From positions 15,438,001 to 15,502,000 of the forward strand of contig OZ059897.1 of NCBI GenBank assembly GCA_964057225.1: 64,000 nt of DNA, given 5' to 3'. Made by a program: the position numbers and the translations under genes. The notes below the pieces were generated by a model that searched no databases, was not told the origin of the DNA, and saw only the letters and a list, made by a program, of their open reading frames with translations. Below, piece after piece: positions 61,910 to 64,000 of the stretch. The DNA comes from Auanema rhodensis. Lineage: Eukaryota > Animalia > Nematoda. Numbering within the stretch: position 1 is the first letter of the stretch; every line of letters starts with the position of its first letter.

Positions 61910-62430
61910 TTTAATTCAAGAGATTTTGCAATAAATTTTCTATTTCTTGCTTACTCTCAAACTCTTTATTCTTCAAAGAGTGTTCCAAAGGCCTGAATAC
62001 ATGGTATTCAGTTGAAGATAGGTCTGGAGAATATAGTCAATGCTCCAAAACATCACAACCAAATTTATCCAGCTTCTCTCTGATGGTACGGCTTACATGA
62101 GCACTTATCGCAACTCTCTTGAAACAGTTGAACTATGAACACTCAACTTTTCAGCTAGAAATTGCTGAGGAACCCCACAATCCTCTCTCAATTTCTCTCT
62201 AAATTACCTGCTCCCAGTTCTCTTTCTCTTTTTCTCATTTCGTCTTCTAAACTTCTTTCTCCTGTTCGAAATTTCTTAAACCATCTTGTGACTCTTGCAT
62301 ATCCTACAATGAAATTATTCTCTTCATTCATTTTCTTATGCGTTTCGTAAGCTGTAAATTCTTTTTCGTAAAAAATAGCAAAACATGCCTAACGTGGAAA
62401 CGCTTGTTAGATATTCTTTTTTGAAATTAA
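61910..62430 (-). mobile_element. Decayed, internally deleted mariner (Tc1/mariner) transposase remnant
   Basis: Minus-strand fragments HVRHVLLFF/YEKEFTAYETHKKM, RWFKKFRTGERSLED, LAEKLSVHSSTVSREL (HTH) and EH*LYSPDLSSTEYHVFRPLEHSL (YSPDL motif); stops, frameshifts, most of the catalytic core missing; no TIRs recognised. Confidence 0.85.
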
Positions 62431-62792
62431 TTTTAAATTATAAAAACACGCTACTTTATGCTAATTTTTTGTAATTTACGTGTAAACTATTTAAACTTTA
62501 TACTTTTTTTCAATTTAAGCTAAAATTTTTTGTTTAGATGATATTAAAATATTAATTAATTTTGCCTACATACACCTAATATTAATAATTTAAAATTATA
62601 AATGTAACAAAGACAAATATTTCATGTATATTATATTTGAATAATACTTTACTCAAATTTAAAAATAAAAAAAAAGAATTATATTTGATAAAACTGTTTA
62701 TAAATTATGATATGTTTCAAAATGTATTTACATCTGAACATGTTATAATTATATAGTAAATTATACTATTTCATTATATTAGTGTCACCTCA

Positions 62793-63770
62793 TTATGGTG
62801 TGGCCTCATAGATACTTCTGAAATAGAATATGAAATTTCAATATATTCTAATATTTCTTACTTGTTTATATATATATCGCATTCCAGCATGTTGGAAGCG
62901 AATTGTTTTCTATTGGGCTTCTTCCATCCTCCGAATGGCTTGAAATCTTTGAAGTCAGCAGGAGATGCCAAATCAGCTCCATCTCCATTGTTACTTATAT
63001 ACCTTCAGAGAAAAATATTGTTTAAAGATATATGGATATTATGCTAACCAAAGATTGTCTGAAGCAAAACCAGCATAATTTCCGGTGATTTTTGTCCAAT
63101 AATTAGCACTAGTATAGAATCCAACTCTTACATTCTTGGCCTGTAAAAATACTTTGAAGTTTCGGAATCAAAAAGCATACTATACCATGGCAGCATCTCT
63201 AACATCCTTGAGAAGGTTAACATTACGCTGATAATCAGGGTACCAGTTAACCATAGGATCTACCTGTAATAATATCTTATTTAACTACATAAAAAGTAAT
63301 GTAAACCTTGATCCAGATGAATGTCAATTTGATTCCATTGGCCTTTAAGTTATTAAAGATACGATTGAACTGGGTAGTACCACTTAAACCAGTAGATATA
63401 AGAGGATACAGGTAAAACTCAGTTTCAAGTTCAGCTTAATAGTATGAATGATTGAATGAAAATGATTTTGATTATACCTTCACGGGCAGCGTGAACATTG
63501 AAAAACAACTTGACATCTATACTCTCTGTTCCATTCATGCCATTTATATCATTGACTCTAAAATGGATTTCATAAATAAAATTTAGTTTAAGATTCATAC
63601 AATGAAACAGAAGTTGAATAACTGTTATCTTGGTATCCCATACAAGAAAATACACTCCAGTTACCCCAAGGAATGAAGTCTACAGCATAAAGATATCCAG
63701 GAGGGGCAAGGCTGTACACATTAGCTAATGTTACAGTAACAGTACAGAAGAGAATAGCCAAGCGAAACAT
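62793..63770 (-). CDS. Nematode protist-type (GH25-like) lysozyme, copy C, 7 exons
   Basis: MFRLAILFCTVTVTLANVYSLAP, YAVDF, FIWIKVD, VGFYTSANYW, LWYISNNG, DFKDFKPFGGWKKPNRKQF; same intron positions as copy A; intact ORF. Confidence 0.88.
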
Positions 63771-64000
63771 TTCTGAAAATAAAAAATTAGTTTTGAAGGG
63801 AAAAGCTAAACGTGAAAGATGATTGCAAAATCTGAATGGAATAGCCTTCACTTGTACTGAGAGTTTATAAAGCTTTTCCTTATCATTTGATAAGTGTTTC
63901 GATAATATTGATAAAAATCATTTTTAATCATTTTCTAATAATAGTGACGACATGGTCTTATTCGAAGACTTGATAGAATAAATAAAATAATTTTTTTCTG

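Noticed and set aside
1-64000. tRNA, rRNA, SL RNA, miRNA genes or CRISPR arrays
   Set aside because: No cloverleaf or box A/B pattern, SL1 leader, convincing pre-miRNA hairpin or repeat-spacer array seen by eye; a covariance-model scan would be needed to exclude small RNAs.

Overview
AT-rich, intron-dense eukaryotic DNA, most likely a free-living rhabditid nematode (TTTCAG-type acceptors, many 41-55 nt introns, close similarity to C. elegans proteins as recalled). Gene order: unc-4 (+), peroxisomal-type catalase (-), nmgp-1/M6-PLP tetraspan (-), GDSL phospholipase B1-like (+), secreted Q/P/Y-rich DB-module protein (+), phb-2 (-), PUS10 and TOP3B (+, probable operon), a very large lin-42/Period locus (-; about 13 kb of exons/introns plus over 11 kb of apparently gene-free upstream DNA), and three GH25-like lysozyme genes with a decayed mariner transposon between two of them. 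Main observations: (1) the lin-42 non-coding DNA consists of GC-richer islands flanked by (GA/TC)n tracts, carrying 14 exact CTGGYAC (MYRF-type) and 12 TGACCAG motifs plus RORE-like half-sites; (2) a GC splice donor lies exactly at the PAS versus SYQ/LT boundary of lin-42, with a stop after three read-through codons; (3) a 405-bp near-perfect inverted repeat gives two strongly diverged lysozymes the same promoter and signal-peptide start, and the lysozymes show patchwork sequence exchange; (4) a TG 3' splice site in the phospholipase and an apparent frameshift in nmgp-1. Gene models were spliced by hand and homologies recalled from memory; no database search was run.
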